In this document: one piece after another, positions 1-15,104 of the stretch
Layout of the letters: every line of letters starts with the position of its first letter
Numbering within the stretch: the stretch's first letter is position 1
Notes under the pieces: model-generated
Seen by the model: only the letters and a program-made list of their open reading frames with translations
Databases searched by the model: none
Told to the model about the DNA's origin: nothing
Origin: Proteromonas lacertae
Taxonomy: Eukaryota
Direction of reading: 5' to 3'
NCBI GenBank assembly: GCA_002245135.1
Contig: NGBS01000871.1
Coordinates: forward strand, 62,001-126,000
DNA length: 64,000 nucleotides
Position numbers and translations under genes: made by a program

Positions 1-533
1 CAACATCAACTGAAGTAATTGAATTAGGTAGTACTTCTCCTGGTAATGCTTGTTTAGCTTATTTAGAATATACAGATAATTATGGTAGAAAATGGTATAC
101 TGATAAATTATGTTTAACTAAAATTACAGAAGGAGGTTGGAATGATGCATTAAAAAGATTACCAGTTGGTGTTATTGATCCAGATACAAAAGTTGAAATA
201 GATTCTACTAATAATAAAGTAACAATTACTTTTGGAAGTCAACAAACAGGAAGAAAACCACAAATTAAAGTAATATCTAAAAAAGATTTGGAGGATAAAA
301 AAGATCTATATCCAGGTGCAACAACACCATCAGGTTATCATGGAATGTCAACTTCTGATTTAGTGAAAGATAATACAAATGATCTTTATACAGGCACAGC
401 TTCTTACACTTACAGTGGAGTAAAAGCAATAGAATGTGGTGGAAATGGTTCATGTAATACAGAAACAGGATTATGTGAATGTTTTACTGGTTTTTATGGA
501 ATTGCTTGTACAATGACAGAAGATATGATGTAA
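1..533 (+). CDS. 3' end of a Cys-rich, EGF-like-tailed protein, probably stramenopile mastigoneme protein family (Ocm1/Sig1-like)
   Basis: The frame is open from the window edge: ...LEYTDNYGRKWYTDKL...DALKRLPVGVI...VTITFG...ECGGNGSCNTETGLCECFTGFYGIAC, stop at 533. The motif order resembles mastigoneme protein C-termini (from memory). Confidence 0.55.
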   Translation, partial: TSTEVIELGSTSPGNACLAYLEYTDNYGRKWYTDKLCLTKITEGGWNDALKRLPVGVIDPDTKVEIDSTNNKVTITFGSQQTGRKPQIKVISKKDLEDKKDLYPGATTPSGYHGMSTSDLVKDNTNDLYTGTASYTYSGVKAIECGGNGSCNTETGLCECFTGFYGIACTMTEDMM

Positions 534-601
534 AGATAAATATTATTAAGATTAATTTATGATCATGTTTTTGTTATTTTTAATAATTAATAAACAATTT
601 A

Positions 602-2269
<1,668 letters not shown>

Positions 2270-2478
2270 TGAAAATGGCTTGATTGGTTTGACTTACGAA
2301 AAACACTATTCTCATTTCAATTTCTTTATATCAATAGCATTATGTATTAGAAATTATACAATTATAATCAAATATTATAAGATTAACAACAATAGTTATG
2401 TAATTATGTATATTTTCTTTCTTTTCTCCAAATCCAAAACAAAAATTATTTTACTAATATTGATAAAATTAAGTGCAA

Positions 2479-2871
2479 TTATTTTGCATCAGCATTAGTC
2501 TATTTGAAGATTATTATGAAACAATAAAATTATACTTGTTGAACCAAATCTCCTACACTCTGTTCTAAGTCATCGATACGTTTACCCATTTCATCAACTA
2601 ATATCAATATAAACTAAAAAATACATACTTCTAGAAATAATTGCATCACTCATTTGTTGGAATCTGGTTTGCTATTCATAGGAATTATGTATATTTATAC
2701 CATTTGTTGAAGAAGGCTTTGTACCTAGAAAATAAAACTAAGATTAGAAATACGAACACTGTAAGGTCGTCTGCAGTTTCTGGTGGGTTTGTAGCTTGTG
2801 ATGAGTCCTATAAAAAATAATAAATGCTCAAAATTGAAAAAGAAGATGAGATATGTGAAAATTCATACCAT
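2479..2871 (-). CDS. HSBP1: Heat shock factor-binding protein 1 (68 aa, 6 exons; not in the ORF track)
   Basis: Removing GT-AG introns of 61, 29, 29, 31 and 36 nt gives MDSSQATNPPETADDLTVFVQSLLQQMQTRFQQMSDAIISRIDEMGKRIDDLEQSVGDLVQQTNADAK. Confidence 0.9.
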
Positions 2872-2945
2872 AATGAAAATTTAAAAAAATTGAAATATGT
2901 TTCAAAAAATCTAGCAGTTTCAACTGTTTCTTTTTTACTTTGAAA

Positions 2946-3944
2946 ATGAATTCTGAAAGTTCTAATCAAGATGAAGAAGATTTTCATATTCGTATAAAAC
3001 CAGTGCCACCTTCCAAATTGCCCAAGCGTAAATCCTTCAAAAGAACAGAATTACCAAAAGTTCCAATAGTATTTTAATATATATATAATTCATTATTATT
3101 GTAATGTGATAGAAAATATTAGGAAATGCAGAAAGTAGACCTGAAATGATCTCTAGATATCGAAGAATGGCAAATAGAGAGGATGAATTATCACTGCTAC
3201 CACCAGCAGGAAATGGACGAAAAGAATTAGCTTATGAAGTAGAAAAAAGTACAAGAAGATTTGCTGAAAAATTCAATCTAAGTCCTAGAAACATAGTATA
3301 CTATCACGAAAAGAAGCCCGACATATATCCATTAAAACCAAAACCAGGAGATACACTTCATGTTGATAAATTAACAACAAATTTTGCAGATTTACTAAGA
3401 GATGGTTCATTATTTCGATTTAATACAAGAATAAATAAATATGAGAAACTTATGCCTAATGAAAAGAAGGATTTACCAATACCTCCTATCAAATCAAAAG
3501 ATGAAAGATTACATGGTCGTGAAAAAGTAACACAACTACGACATGATATAGAAGTAGAAGAGAAGAGATTTACAGGAGAATTAACATCAGAAAAAGCATA
3601 TATACACAAATGTGAAGAAGAAAAAAGAAAAAAAAAGAATTCGAAGAAATAAAAGGCTAAGAGCAGAAGCCTTGAGAAATGTAATAGATAATGCAAATAA
3701 TGTAGAAAAGATCCATCATTTAATGAATGATACAGTAGATTCAGTATTTATAGAACCTCCATTCGGAACATCGAGATTCTTAAGGCAAAAGTATCATATA
3801 TGGCATTCATTGGTTGATAAGAATAAAATACCTCCTGATGTGTTTAGTCCTGATTCTTCAGTAGTGAGTGATCAAGAGAGTATTCCTGGATTGTTGTATA
3901 GTGATGAAGATAGTGATTTTGAAACAGATTCTGATTATGATTAA
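2946..3944 (+). CDS. Hypothetical basic/coiled-coil protein with an apparent 1-nt frameshift in an A9 run near 3628-3636
   Basis: ATG at 2946 and an intron near 3069-3112. ORFs 3146-3652 and 3612-3944 join if one A is removed. Confidence 0.6.
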
Positions 3945-4080
3945 TAGAGAAAGAGATTATATATAATTGTAATGTAATTTTTTCTTCCTTATTTATTGAA
4001 TTAATCGTTTAATTGTTGATTATTTTTTATATAATTTCAAAATAAACAATAGAAATTATTATTAATATATAAATAGATAT

Positions 4081-6577
4081 TTAAAATCCACTAGTTTTAA
4101 ACAACACATTTCTTTTCTTCGGTGGAACATTAAATTTACTGGAATCAAATCCAGTTCTTCTCATTGATGAAATTTCTTTAATTGGAGGAGCATATTCCAC
4201 AGGAGATGGAGAGTTAGCAGCTTGATACAGCATCAAATCACTATCAGTAACTGGAATACTTCTAGGAACACTGAAATATGGACTATCAGGTTTATAAGTT
4301 CTACCAACATCATAAGTATTTGGTCCAGGAACTTCATCACCATGATGTGTTGGTGCTGCATTACCTATTGAATATACTGGAGTTGAAGAATGATAACCAA
4401 AATCAGCATAATCTAATGGTCCAGGACTTCTACCTTTTAAATGCATTAATAATTCTTCATTCTCTTTGGTGGTTGGTGCATTGATTTTACTACCAGGAAT
4501 CCATTCTTCTACAAAGGATTTTGGATTGTAAGAACATGGACCGGGTGATGGTTTTAAGAATCTCTTTATATCTGCTTCTAATTGATATTTTGCCATTAAA
4601 TCTGCTCTTCTCATATCTTTACTTTGTTCCATCATTATCTCATTCTCTTCTTCTTGTTTTTCTAATCTTCGTTTCATTTGTAAGTATTTTTCTTCATATC
4701 CCATTTGTCTTCCAAGCTATTTAAATGAATAAAATAAATATAAAATATACTCTTCTTCTTTCAGCCATCAATACTTTATGATCTCTTTCCATTTGCGCTA
4801 AATCATTATTTCTCTTTCTTTCAGCCCAACTATCATTTCTTGCCTTCAATAATGCATTTGATCTATCAGTTTGCATCTTTTGATAATTCTCATAATCCTT
4901 TATTCTTTGTTTTCTTAATCTTTCAGCTTCATCATAACGATCTTTTCTTAATTTATTCTGCTCTTTCACCCATTCTATGTGTTGTTGCATTTGTTGTGCT
5001 GCTAATAACTTATCTCTTTCTACTTTCAACTCTTGATAATGCAATTTTGCTTTTAATCTATTCAATCGAGCTTCTTCAAGCTTTCTAGCTCTTTGTAAGT
5101 TAAATATTCTATGTGCTTCTTTTTCATCTAATTCTCTCTGATGTTCTTGTCTTTTCTTTTCTTCTTCTTTTTCTCTTTCCTTTTGCCTTTGTTCCAATTC
5201 CCTTTGGCTTTGCTCATAATCAGCTAATCTTTTCTTTGTTGATTCTATTTCATGTGTTAATACATATTTTCTATGACTGGCCTCTTTCATATTATGAGCT
5301 ATTCTTTGTTGAATTAGTGTTTGATTATCTTCAGACATGTATTTATTTGTATTACTTTCATTGTTTGTATTGGTATTATTCGATCTTGTACTATTTCTTG
5401 CAGTGGAGACTTGACTTTTATTATTATTATTATTATCTTCTCTTCTTTCTTCTTCTTCATTATTATTATTTTCTTCATTATCTTCTTCTTCTTCTTCTTC
5501 TTCTTCATCACCACTTCCTCCACCTGGTTGATTATATTCTCTCTCACTATCATTTCTACTATCATAATTGTTATTATTACTACTACTTTCTACTGGTACA
5601 GTAGCAGATAAATTACTTCTAATACTTTGTCTTTTTGCTATGGAAGAAGCTTTACTTGTTCTTTTAGAAGATGCACAAGATGATGGTAATGGATAATCTT
5701 TCAATGCTTTTGCTAATACTTCAATTCTTTTTTCATTATGTCGATCAGCTTGTGCTTTTAATACTTCTTTACTATATTTGGAATGAAGAGGTGGACAAAA
5801 TGGCATAAAATCTGGCAAATCATAACCTTTTCTAAATAACTGATTCTCATAATGTAAATAATATCTTTTAATCTCTGGTAATGTCATTTCTTTAGCTTGT
5901 TCTATATACTCAGTCATATCAACTTCTTTTTCTTCTTCTTCCTGTTGTTGTTGTTGTTTATTGATAGGAGGGAATTTACTAGCACTTTTTGTATTTCTTT
6001 TTCTACCTCCAGGAGTTGCTGTTGATGATTTACTTACATTTCCTGATTCATCATATTCTTCTTCATCATCTTTTGATTTTTTACTATTTTGATTTACTCT
6101 GTTTTGTAATCTTTCTATTTCTTCTTCTATTTTTCTTATTTTCTCTTCTATTGACTCAGCATCTCTTGAATCATTTCTTGTTCGCCTTTTAGAGGAGCTT
6201 TTCCCTGTTGATGCTAATGAATTATATGCATCATAATAATATGTTGATGAAGGTGAATTGGATCTTGTACTTTTGGATTGATGTTGGATTGGTAATCCAG
6301 ACACGTCTTCCTCTCTTTTATTTTCAGCCATGTAAGATTTTTCTGTTTGAGTTCCATCTGCTGTTTTGGATCTTTGACTACTTCCACCTTCAAATCTTCT
6401 TTCTGTGTCATTTTTACTTTCATCATAATCCCTATTTTCTAATATTTTTTCTTCATTATTTTGTTGTGGATATGATGATGTATTTTCATCTGAATTACCT
6501 AAATTCATAGTTTTACTTTCATATCCAGATGAGTCTAAAGATTCTGCATTATTATCTTCATCATGATACTTTTCCAT
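4081..6577 (-). CDS. Low-complexity/coiled-coil protein with C-terminal PGPxxY (SHIPPO/sperm-tail PG-rich-like) repeats
   Basis: Two ORFs join in frame across a 34-nt GT-AG intron (4750-4717). Repeats SPGPCSY, SPGPLDY, VPGPNTY and SPSPVEY. Likely start is MEKYHDE at 6577. Confidence 0.7.
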
Positions 6578-6855
6578 AATTTTTGCTCTAATATTATTTA
6601 TATATACGACTAAAAAACAAGAAAATAAAAAAAATAACGAAAAAAGTTTGATAAGTTTGAAAAAAACTAGCTGTTTTAGAAATTTTATATTTCTCATTTC
6701 TTTCTTATATTTAACTGTAATTTTTGCAATTATAGGGAAAATACTGTCTATTATATCTTATGTAATAGTTTTTGCCATTATTTCATCTTGTTACATACAT
6801 AAGTTATATTTTTGAATTACTTATTTAAAAAACAGGACAATAAATATATTATAAT

Positions 6856-7990
6856 TTATATTATTCCACAACATGATTTTATTATGTTTTTATATTTAAT
6901 TTCTTTCTTTTTTTCTCTTATTATATTATCTTTATCTCTACTAATTTCAATATCTATTTTAAAAAATATTTAATATAAATATACTATTCATGATTAACTT
7001 TTTTATATTATCATTTTCTTTCATGTATTTCCTCAAATATTCTATTCAATTTGAACCAATATTATTATCACTTATATCAAGCATAAATGAATCTTCAATC
7101 CTCTTTAATCCATCAACTGAATACTTCAATCCAATTGAAGATAATCCCATTTCTATCATATTATATATTATCATCAATATTATACTTGAACAATTTATGA
7201 TTTTTCCTAATAAGTGTAAATTATGAGATTCACATAACATTTTCATTCCTATATCTCCTATTTTATTTCCATTTAAATCAACTTTGCTAAGCTTTGAAAG
7301 TGAAGATAAATTCCTAATCAGCATTTCTATACTATTATGTGTTAGTTTATTATCTATGGAATAGAAAAGAAAAATATCAAATCATACTACTCAAATCCAA
7401 TTGTGACACATCTGCCATCTCATCTAATCTTAATGATATTAATGATTTGAAATATTCATCATTTATTTCTAAATCACTTACATTTAATTCATTAAAACCA
7501 TTTTTAACATACTTAATTAATCTATGGATGTCTTTATTCAACAGTAAATCTTTACATCGATTAAAACAGCTCTCTGTTGAATGGAGGAGGGTTTTTCGAA
7601 ACCGTATGAATAAATTCCTCTTAATAAATCTTCTTTTAAACTCATATCATTAAAACCCGCAACAACTTCAACTGCTTTACAATTCTCAAATTCAAGTCCC
7701 ATTTCATCACAAACAAATACTAATACATAATATATGCAAATATATACTGCATGACATTTGAAACTGTTTATATGTAATAAAAACTTCTTTTATAAAAATC
7801 AAGAAATATATTTCTTGATTATCAACAATAAAAAAATCACTATAGAATATATCAAGCCAAGCTAGAGTTTTACAATATTTATAAAAATTTACTAACATTC
7901 ATTGGCAGTTGATCAATCTCAGTTCCATAATATTGTTCAATATTACCTTTTCTACCAAATCTACCTCTTCGACCTATTCGATGTATATAT
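6856..7990 (-). pseudogene. Disrupted leucine-rich-repeat (RNI-like) gene ending in a CaaX-like motif (SCCGII)
   Basis: LRR motifs LSKVDLNGNKIGDIGMKML and LDISDNNIGSN*IEYL, with an in-frame TGA at 7048-7046 where Gly is expected. An eIF4A-like piece interrupts the frame. The 5' boundary is uncertain. Confidence 0.55.
7565..7708 (-). pseudogene. Isolated N-terminal (Q-motif) fragment of a DEAD-box helicase, eIF4A/eIF4A-III-like
   Basis: Reads [48 protein letters not shown], then loses similarity and stops. No Walker A motif follows. Confidence 0.8.
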
Positions 7991-8096
7991 AATTCTCTAA
8001 TGGTGAAATCTTATGAAGAAACTAATAGACTAAATATATAATGCAAATATAATGAATGAAATATTATTTGTTGTTAAGAAAGAACAAATCAAACAT

Positions 8097-9128
8097 TTAC
8101 AATAATTTAAGTCTTAAAACATATAAAACAGGATATTCTTTATCAATATCATACAATGGATTAGTTTGAACGTTGTTATCCCTCCATTTAGATATATCTT
8201 CATCATAATCATTAATTACATCAACACTGAACACTATATAGAAAATACATATAACACAATTAAAATACCCTCTTTTGCTATATCCATAAACCTATTTGAA
8301 CTATTTCCTCTTGAAGGATTTAACAATAGAATAACTCCATCTGATTTTATACAATTTTCTAATGTATTTAATAATTCTTTATGATAATCTTCGAAAAATA
8401 ATATATCTGCACCTATAATCAGATCAAATTTTGATTTATATTTGACATTCTCTTCTATAGACCATTGTAATTGTTCAATATTTACATTATATTCTTCTTC
8501 TAATGAAATGTTCTGTTTTCTCACCATTTCTAGTGTTTCAACTGATTTTGGATTTCCATCTGTTATTGTTATGTTTACATTATTAGACAATTTACTACAC
8601 ATTAATCCAGCAATTCCACTCATACCAGCTCCTAATTCAAGAATTGACTTGTTTTGTATTAATTGCGGATTCTATTCATATTAAAAACATACAACATACT
8701 TTAAATAAATAATATGCTAATATAATTTCAGCTGGCCATATACAAACATTTCCTGTATTGTCTACACCAATTCTATATATATTTTGGTCATTAGTAGATT
8801 ATACTCTTTATGAGATTGTAAATCATGATATGTAGGCAATGAGACTTGTTTTAATGCATGTATTGTAATACTACTATCAAAAGTATAATCCACTTTTTTG
8901 TATATAATGCCAAATTCCTATTTGAAGCAAAGCAAAATAAGAATTATGCTATACCTGAAATATTTCATCATATTCATTTATCCTTATTTTATCAAAATTG
9001 ATATTCTGTTTCAAACCATTCTGAATAAGCCCTTTTCTATCATATTATCATAAAAATACATACTTATTTCTCAATACATCCCTCAATAACATCCATCTCC
9101 TCTTGACTGTTTCATTTTTTATATTCAT
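8097..9128 (-). CDS. CAMKMT: Calmodulin-lysine N-methyltransferase-like (family 16 methyltransferase), spliced
   Basis: Motifs KRRWMLLRDVLR, GVDNTGNVCIWPAEIILAY, ILELGAGMSGIAGL, ITDGN, FDLIIGADILFF and the C-terminus YDIDKEYPVLYVL. Confidence 0.8.
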
Positions 9129-9200
9129 ACTTTCAAACAGAAATCAAACTTATTTTTCTTCTTTTTCGTTTTCTGTATATACAGATAATATTATCTATCC

Positions 9201-12107
9201 ATGTCAAAAGTATAATTTGAAAATTCTATTGTATATTACAAATATTAGATTGGAAGGATCATCCCTTCTTCAGAAGCTGCTCAATACTCAGTAAAGCAAG
9301 TATTTGAATTTGAAAACACTAGTCCTGATGTAGGTCTTACTGATTTGCAGGTTGAAAGCAGAAGAAATGAATTTGGTTACAATGAATTTGATGCTTCTGA
9401 TCATGAGACATTGTTACACAAATTTTTATCTCAATTTTCTGATAAAATGATAATGCTGTTAATGGTATCAGCCTTTATATCTCTGCTCGTCGGACAGTAC
9501 GATGATGCTCTAAGTATATTCACAGCAGTAGTGATAGTAGTAACAGTTGGTTTCATCCAAGAATATCGTTCAGAAAAGTCCTTGGAAGCATTAAATCATT
9601 TAGTTCCACCAATGGCTCATGTAATTCGAAATGGAGTGTCAATGAGGTTAGAAGCACGTGAATTAGTTATTGGTGATTTAGTAGTATTATCAATGGGTGA
9701 TAGAATACCAGCAGATCTTCGATTAACCGAATGTTTCGATTTAAAAGTGAATGAATCAAGTCTAACTGGTGAAAATGATGATGTTGCTAAAACCATTCAA
9801 TCTTTAAACGGTTTAACTCCTTCTACAGCTATTAATAAGTATAAGAATATTGTATTTATGGGTACAATGGTGAGTAATGGTCATGGTAAAGGAATAGTGA
9901 TAAGTGTAGGACAAGAAACTGAATTTGGTCATGTATTTACATTAGTTAAAGAAATTGATGAGAAAAGAACTCCTTTACAGAAACGTATGGATTCATTAGG
10001 TGAAGCATTGTCAACTGTATCTTTAGGAATAATTGCAGTCATTACAATAATTGGATTTTTACAAGGAAGGAAAATAATGGAGATGTTTACAATTGGTGTG
10101 TCTTTAGCTGTAGCAGCAATACCAGAAGGTTTACCAATTTGTACAACAGTTACGTTGGGTTTGGCTGTTTTAAGAATGGTTAGTAAGAAAGTAATTGTTA
10201 AGAAATTACCAGCAGTTGAAGCATTAGGTTGTGCAACAGTTGTATGTAGTGATAAAACAGGAACTTTAACCAAAAATGAAATGACTGTAAAGAAAGTTGT
10301 AACTACCAATAATCAAGTATTTGATTTTAGTGGAATAGGATATAATATGAATGGATCAGTCACTTGTGAAAATAGAATACTAAATAATGATGAGAAATTA
10401 CTGTTAGATGATTTATTAATTTCCTCAGTAAATTGTTGTAATTATATAGTAAATGAACATGGTGATTTAATTGGTCAACCAACAGAATGTGCAATTGGAT
10501 ATGCTAGTTTAAAATGTGATATAAAAGATCCGCGAATAGATAAAGTAAAAGGAACTGAAATTACATTTAATAGCAGTAATAAATGGATGGCTACTCAATA
10601 TATGGATGATAATAACAACAGTGTATATTATGTGAAAGGTGCTAGTGATATTATATTGAGTAAATGTGATACATATTGGACTTCGCAGAGTCAATCACCA
10701 CTAACAGAGAAATATATTAATGAATTTAAGAATACAGTGAAATTATTATCAAGGTATAAATATATTTTATATTTACTTTTTTTTTTTATTCTTCAACTTT
10801 TACTTCGATTTACCATTTCTTCTTATATATTATTTCTTATATATTCTTATTATAGTGATGGATTAAGAGTAATAGCAATCGCTAAAGGTCCTTCTTTAGA
10901 TAATCTCTGTTTCTATGGTCTAATTGGTATATATGATCCACCAAGAGAAGGAGTAATCAACACATTAAAGATATTATACAAAGCATCAGTCAAAGTTGTA
11001 ATGATAACAGGTGATAGTGAAACAACAGCAGTATCTATTGCTAGACAATTAGGAATGGAAAGTATTTATGGCCCAATTCAATCACTTTCAGGTGAAGATA
11101 TAGAATCATATGATATAAAAGAACTTAAACAAATTATTAATAATGTTAGCGTCTTTTATAGAACAGCTCCTAAACATAAGATGAAGATAGTTCAAGCCTA
11201 TCAAGCCAATGGTGAAGTTGTAGCAATGACAGGTGATGGTGTGAATGATGCTCCTTCGTTGAAATTAGCTGATATTGGTGTATCAATGGGTAAGTCAGGT
11301 ACTGATGTATCTAAAGAAGCAGCAGATTTGATATTAGTGGATGATAATTTCAGTTGTATAATAGATGCAATCAAAGAAGGTAGAAGTACTTATATGAACA
11401 TTCGAAACTTTGTACGATTTCAATTAACTACCAGTATTGCTGCATTAAGTTTAGTCGCTTTAACTACAGTATTTGATCAACCAAACCCATTAAATGCCAT
11501 GCAAATATTATGGATTAATATATTAATGGATGGTCCACCAGCTCAAAGTTTAGGTGTAGAACCAGTAGAAGAAGAAGTGATAAAAAAGAAGCCACGAAAT
11601 CCAAACGAACCAATTCTTACAAAACAAGTGTTATTTTTAGTGTTATATGGTGCAATGATGATTTTATTATTAACTTATTATGTATTTGATAGTGAAATAA
11701 AAGATGGTAAAATTACAGCTAGAGATACAACCATGACTTTTACTACGTTTGTTTTTTGTGATTTATTTACTGCTTTGTCATGTAGATCAAGTACTAAATC
11801 GATATCTTCTATAGGATTTTTATCTAATAAAGTATTTGTAATTGCTGTAGGTTTATCAATTGTTGGTCAATTAGCTGTTATATATTTTAAACCATTACAA
11901 AAAGTGTTTCAAACAGAAGAATTGAGCATATATGATTTGCTATATATTATCGGTTTAACTTCAAGTATATTTATATTTGAAGAAATTCGTAAATATTGTT
12001 ATCATAATCATGTTTGGAATAAATTGATGTCTTATAAAACAAGACAATTATTACCTTTATATCGAGATAAAAGAAGAAAAGATTCAGAAGCTGATAAATT
12101 AATATAA
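9201..12107 (+). CDS. PMR1: P2A-type Ca2+/Mn2+ ATPase, secretory-pathway (SPCA/PMR1) type
   Basis: Motifs LTGE, IPEGLP, CSDKTGTLT, TGDGVNDAP, MQILWINILMDGPPAQSLGVEP. Intron 9210-9248 and a stop-free 102-nt intron at 10754-10855. Confidence 0.92.
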
Positions 12108-12416
12108 ATAATTATATAATAAGAATTATTATAGTTTTTTTTCAATGTCCATTTTATGTTTTTATGAATGAATTAGAAATATTGAAACGAATATATTTTT
12201 GAATGTAAAAGGGAGTGTTTGTAATGTAGAATTGAATTGAATATTCTGTTTTTATTATGAAATACTTCCACATCACTTTTTATTTGGATTTTTATGAAAA
12301 TGAGAATCAAGCTTTGAAAATAGCAATTCAAACTATTTATGTATTTTCTTTGTTTTTGAGTGAATATAAACAGTAACACATTATAAAGAATATAAATGTT
12401 TTAATATTCATATTAT

Positions 12417-14546
12417 CTAACTGTATTGATGAGAAACTGATAATATTTCAAATGAAGTGTTTTGACCATATAACTCAACATATGAATATAATGGAGAAGG
12501 TAAATCTTTAACAAGTAAAACAGGAGATGAATTATTATGACTTATCCAAAATTCTCTTTTATCCATATCAACAATCATTTCATAAATTGAACCATCTCTA
12601 TGATTATTGAAATATGGATTTTTATTAACAACTCTTCCAATATGACAATAATCAATAATATATCTACTTTTACCTCCCCATGCATAATAATTACATGTGG
12701 TTGATTGATCATCAATAATATTACCAGAATATGTATTATTAGTTGATAATCCTAACATTATATTATTATAATAACTTCCATTTTGATGAAATTGATATTT
12801 GATATGATAAACTCCATTTTCTATTTTCAAATTCAAATAACAATGACTCCAACCATTAATTGTATTTTTAATTAATTTTCCATTATTTAATATTGATATT
12901 TCATCACTTTTGTATAATTCTGTAAATCTTCCTTCTTCAAATTCTAATTTTATTTTGAATTTCTTTTCATTTACAATATTCTTACATATTATTTCATATT
13001 CTCTTTTTTCGATTTCTTTATCCATTTTTCCATGAATTATTCCATTTTCTTTTTTTATCATTAAACCATTAGGCAATGAAGGATTGATTGAAAATTCACA
13101 TCGATTTCCATCAAATGAAGGAATTATTAACATTTCTTCATAAACACTATATGAATATTCTGATTGAGGATATAAAAATGATGTGATTTCTTTTGTTTTT
13201 AATTCACTCAATAATTCTTTATCTTTCATTATTTCTATCATTTCTTCTTCTTCTTCGAAACTCAATTTATTCTCTTTTATATATTCTATTAATATTTCTT
13301 TGGATTTGGAATTTAAATAATTATCTTCATTCAATATTCTAAAAAGAATTTCTTTTCCACATATATCTTCCATTATTAAAACACTCTTTTTAATCTCAAT
13401 GAATAAACATAAACATTTCATTGTTCGATTTCTTTTATTCTCATTATATTCCATGCATAATCTTTCCAATAGATTTCTCTTTTCTGTATTTGAGATATAT
13501 TCTATTTAAATATATTTTTACTATTTATACTTTCCATTTTCATATTTTTATATTTCATTATCATCAATACTATTTCCATCATTTTTATATTATTCATTTT
13601 TAATATACACATTATTTCATCATTCAATTCTTCTTCTTCCATTCTATCCAATATTCTTCTTTCTTCTTCTTTAAAGTCTTCTTCATCTTTATCTTCATTG
13701 TAATTGTTGATTATTACATTTTGAATTCTATCATCTTTTATTAAATATATTTCTATATGATTTTTACATTCATTTTTCTTCAATTCTATTTTCATTTCTT
13801 TCAACATTTCTTTATTCTCTTTTTCTATCTCTTTCTCTTTTATCTTTTCACAATCGATATCTTCTTCTATCAATTGTTTAAAATCTGCTTTAATCTCTTT
13901 ATTATCATATTTCTTATTCTTTTGGAATTTATACCATTCCAATAAGCGATTTAATAACCATAACTCATTCACTATTATCAAATCTTTCATATTTAATATC
14001 TCAATCAAAGTATTCATTTCTAATCTCAACAAATATTCATTCTTATATAAATATTTATATCCTCGCTTTTCTATTTCCATATTTTTCAATTCTTCTATCT
14101 CTCTCAAACATCCACCAAATACATTACATATATGAATTAATTTCATTAATACTTCATCATCTATATTATTATTCACAAATTCATAACAATCATTTATTAT
14201 CTCTTTTTCACAATAACATAAACAAAACATCAACACTTCACATACACTCTCTTTACAGATTATCAGTTCACCACCACTGTAGTATTTCTCCATCTCATAA
14301 TAGCCAATTTCTTCGATTTCTTCATATAACTCTAAAACTCCAACAAACTCACGATCTAACAACAGTTTCTTTACTGTTTCATTTCCATTCACTAAAATTG
14401 ACTTGATTGACATTATTCGGCTATCTCCAATCTTCACTTCTATATCACCAAAACCACTTTCGACCAATTTTCGACATAATCTATCATAAAAATATATATA
14501 TATAATACCCATCTTCTCTTATGCTTTTATTCACTTTTATTATCAT
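12417..14546 (-). CDS. BTB/BACK-like + putative-Ig (He_PIG-like) + SPRY-like domain protein
   Basis: GFGDIEVKIG...SIKSIL (BTB-like), LNMKDLIIVNELWLLNRLLEW (BACK-like), INPSLPNGLMIKKENGIIHG (putative Ig) and a beta-rich C-terminus. The two ORFs join across a 29-nt intron. Confidence 0.6.
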
Positions 14547-15104
14547 CTTTATGTAAATATATAACAAAAATAACGAAATTCGATTTTTATCAAAATTTTG
14601 AATAACCCAAAAATTAAAATGTGATTTAATTGTTAATATATGACTGTAAATACAATATTGTTATTATATTTCATTTTAGTACCGATAATATGAGTATATT
14701 ATAATGTAATTAACTTGAATGTGTTATTAGAAGTGTTATTGTTGTTTTTGAAGGTGTAATGTATTATACACCTGATAATGATTTTTACTATGTGAAATGA
14801 TTTATTTGTAGATGAAGTCTAAATATTCTTTTGTAATGCTTATTTTTTACAGTTAAAGATGAAATATAAATAAATTATGATAGTTTAGTTGAATATCAAA
14901 TCATTCTATTAGTACTTTAAAGTGTATTTAAATAAATATAGGAAAGAATGTATAGAAAAGATAATATCAACTCTAATTATATATAATTATTAGTAATTTC
15001 ATTAGTATCGTTATTTTATCTGTAAAATGATTGAATTTAACAAAATACAAAATCTTTCATACTTGAAACGGATTAATTATTTTTGTTTTTTGTTTTTTTA
15101 GAAT

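Noticed and set aside
3620..3640. Programmed ribosomal frameshift at the A-rich run joining two ORFs
   Set aside because: A homopolymer indel is simpler. No stimulatory structure is visible and other single-base indels occur in this window.
4840..6510. Many antisense ORFs rich in F/L/I/Y (also seen elsewhere in the window)
   Set aside because: They are shadow frames of purine-rich, low-complexity coding sequence.
6578..6697. Signal-peptide-like N-terminus of the 658-aa ORF
   Set aside because: Probably T-rich upstream or UTR sequence read in frame. The protein looks cytosolic and more plausibly starts at 6577.
7046..7048. In-frame TGA as selenocysteine or a variant genetic code
   Set aside because: It falls at an LRR Gly position in an already disrupted locus, and TGA serves as a normal stop elsewhere (15716, 21526, 50246).
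10754..10855. Extra hydrophobic segment inside the ATPase cytosolic domain
   Set aside because: It is a 102-nt stop-free GT-AG intron that the ORF finder read through.
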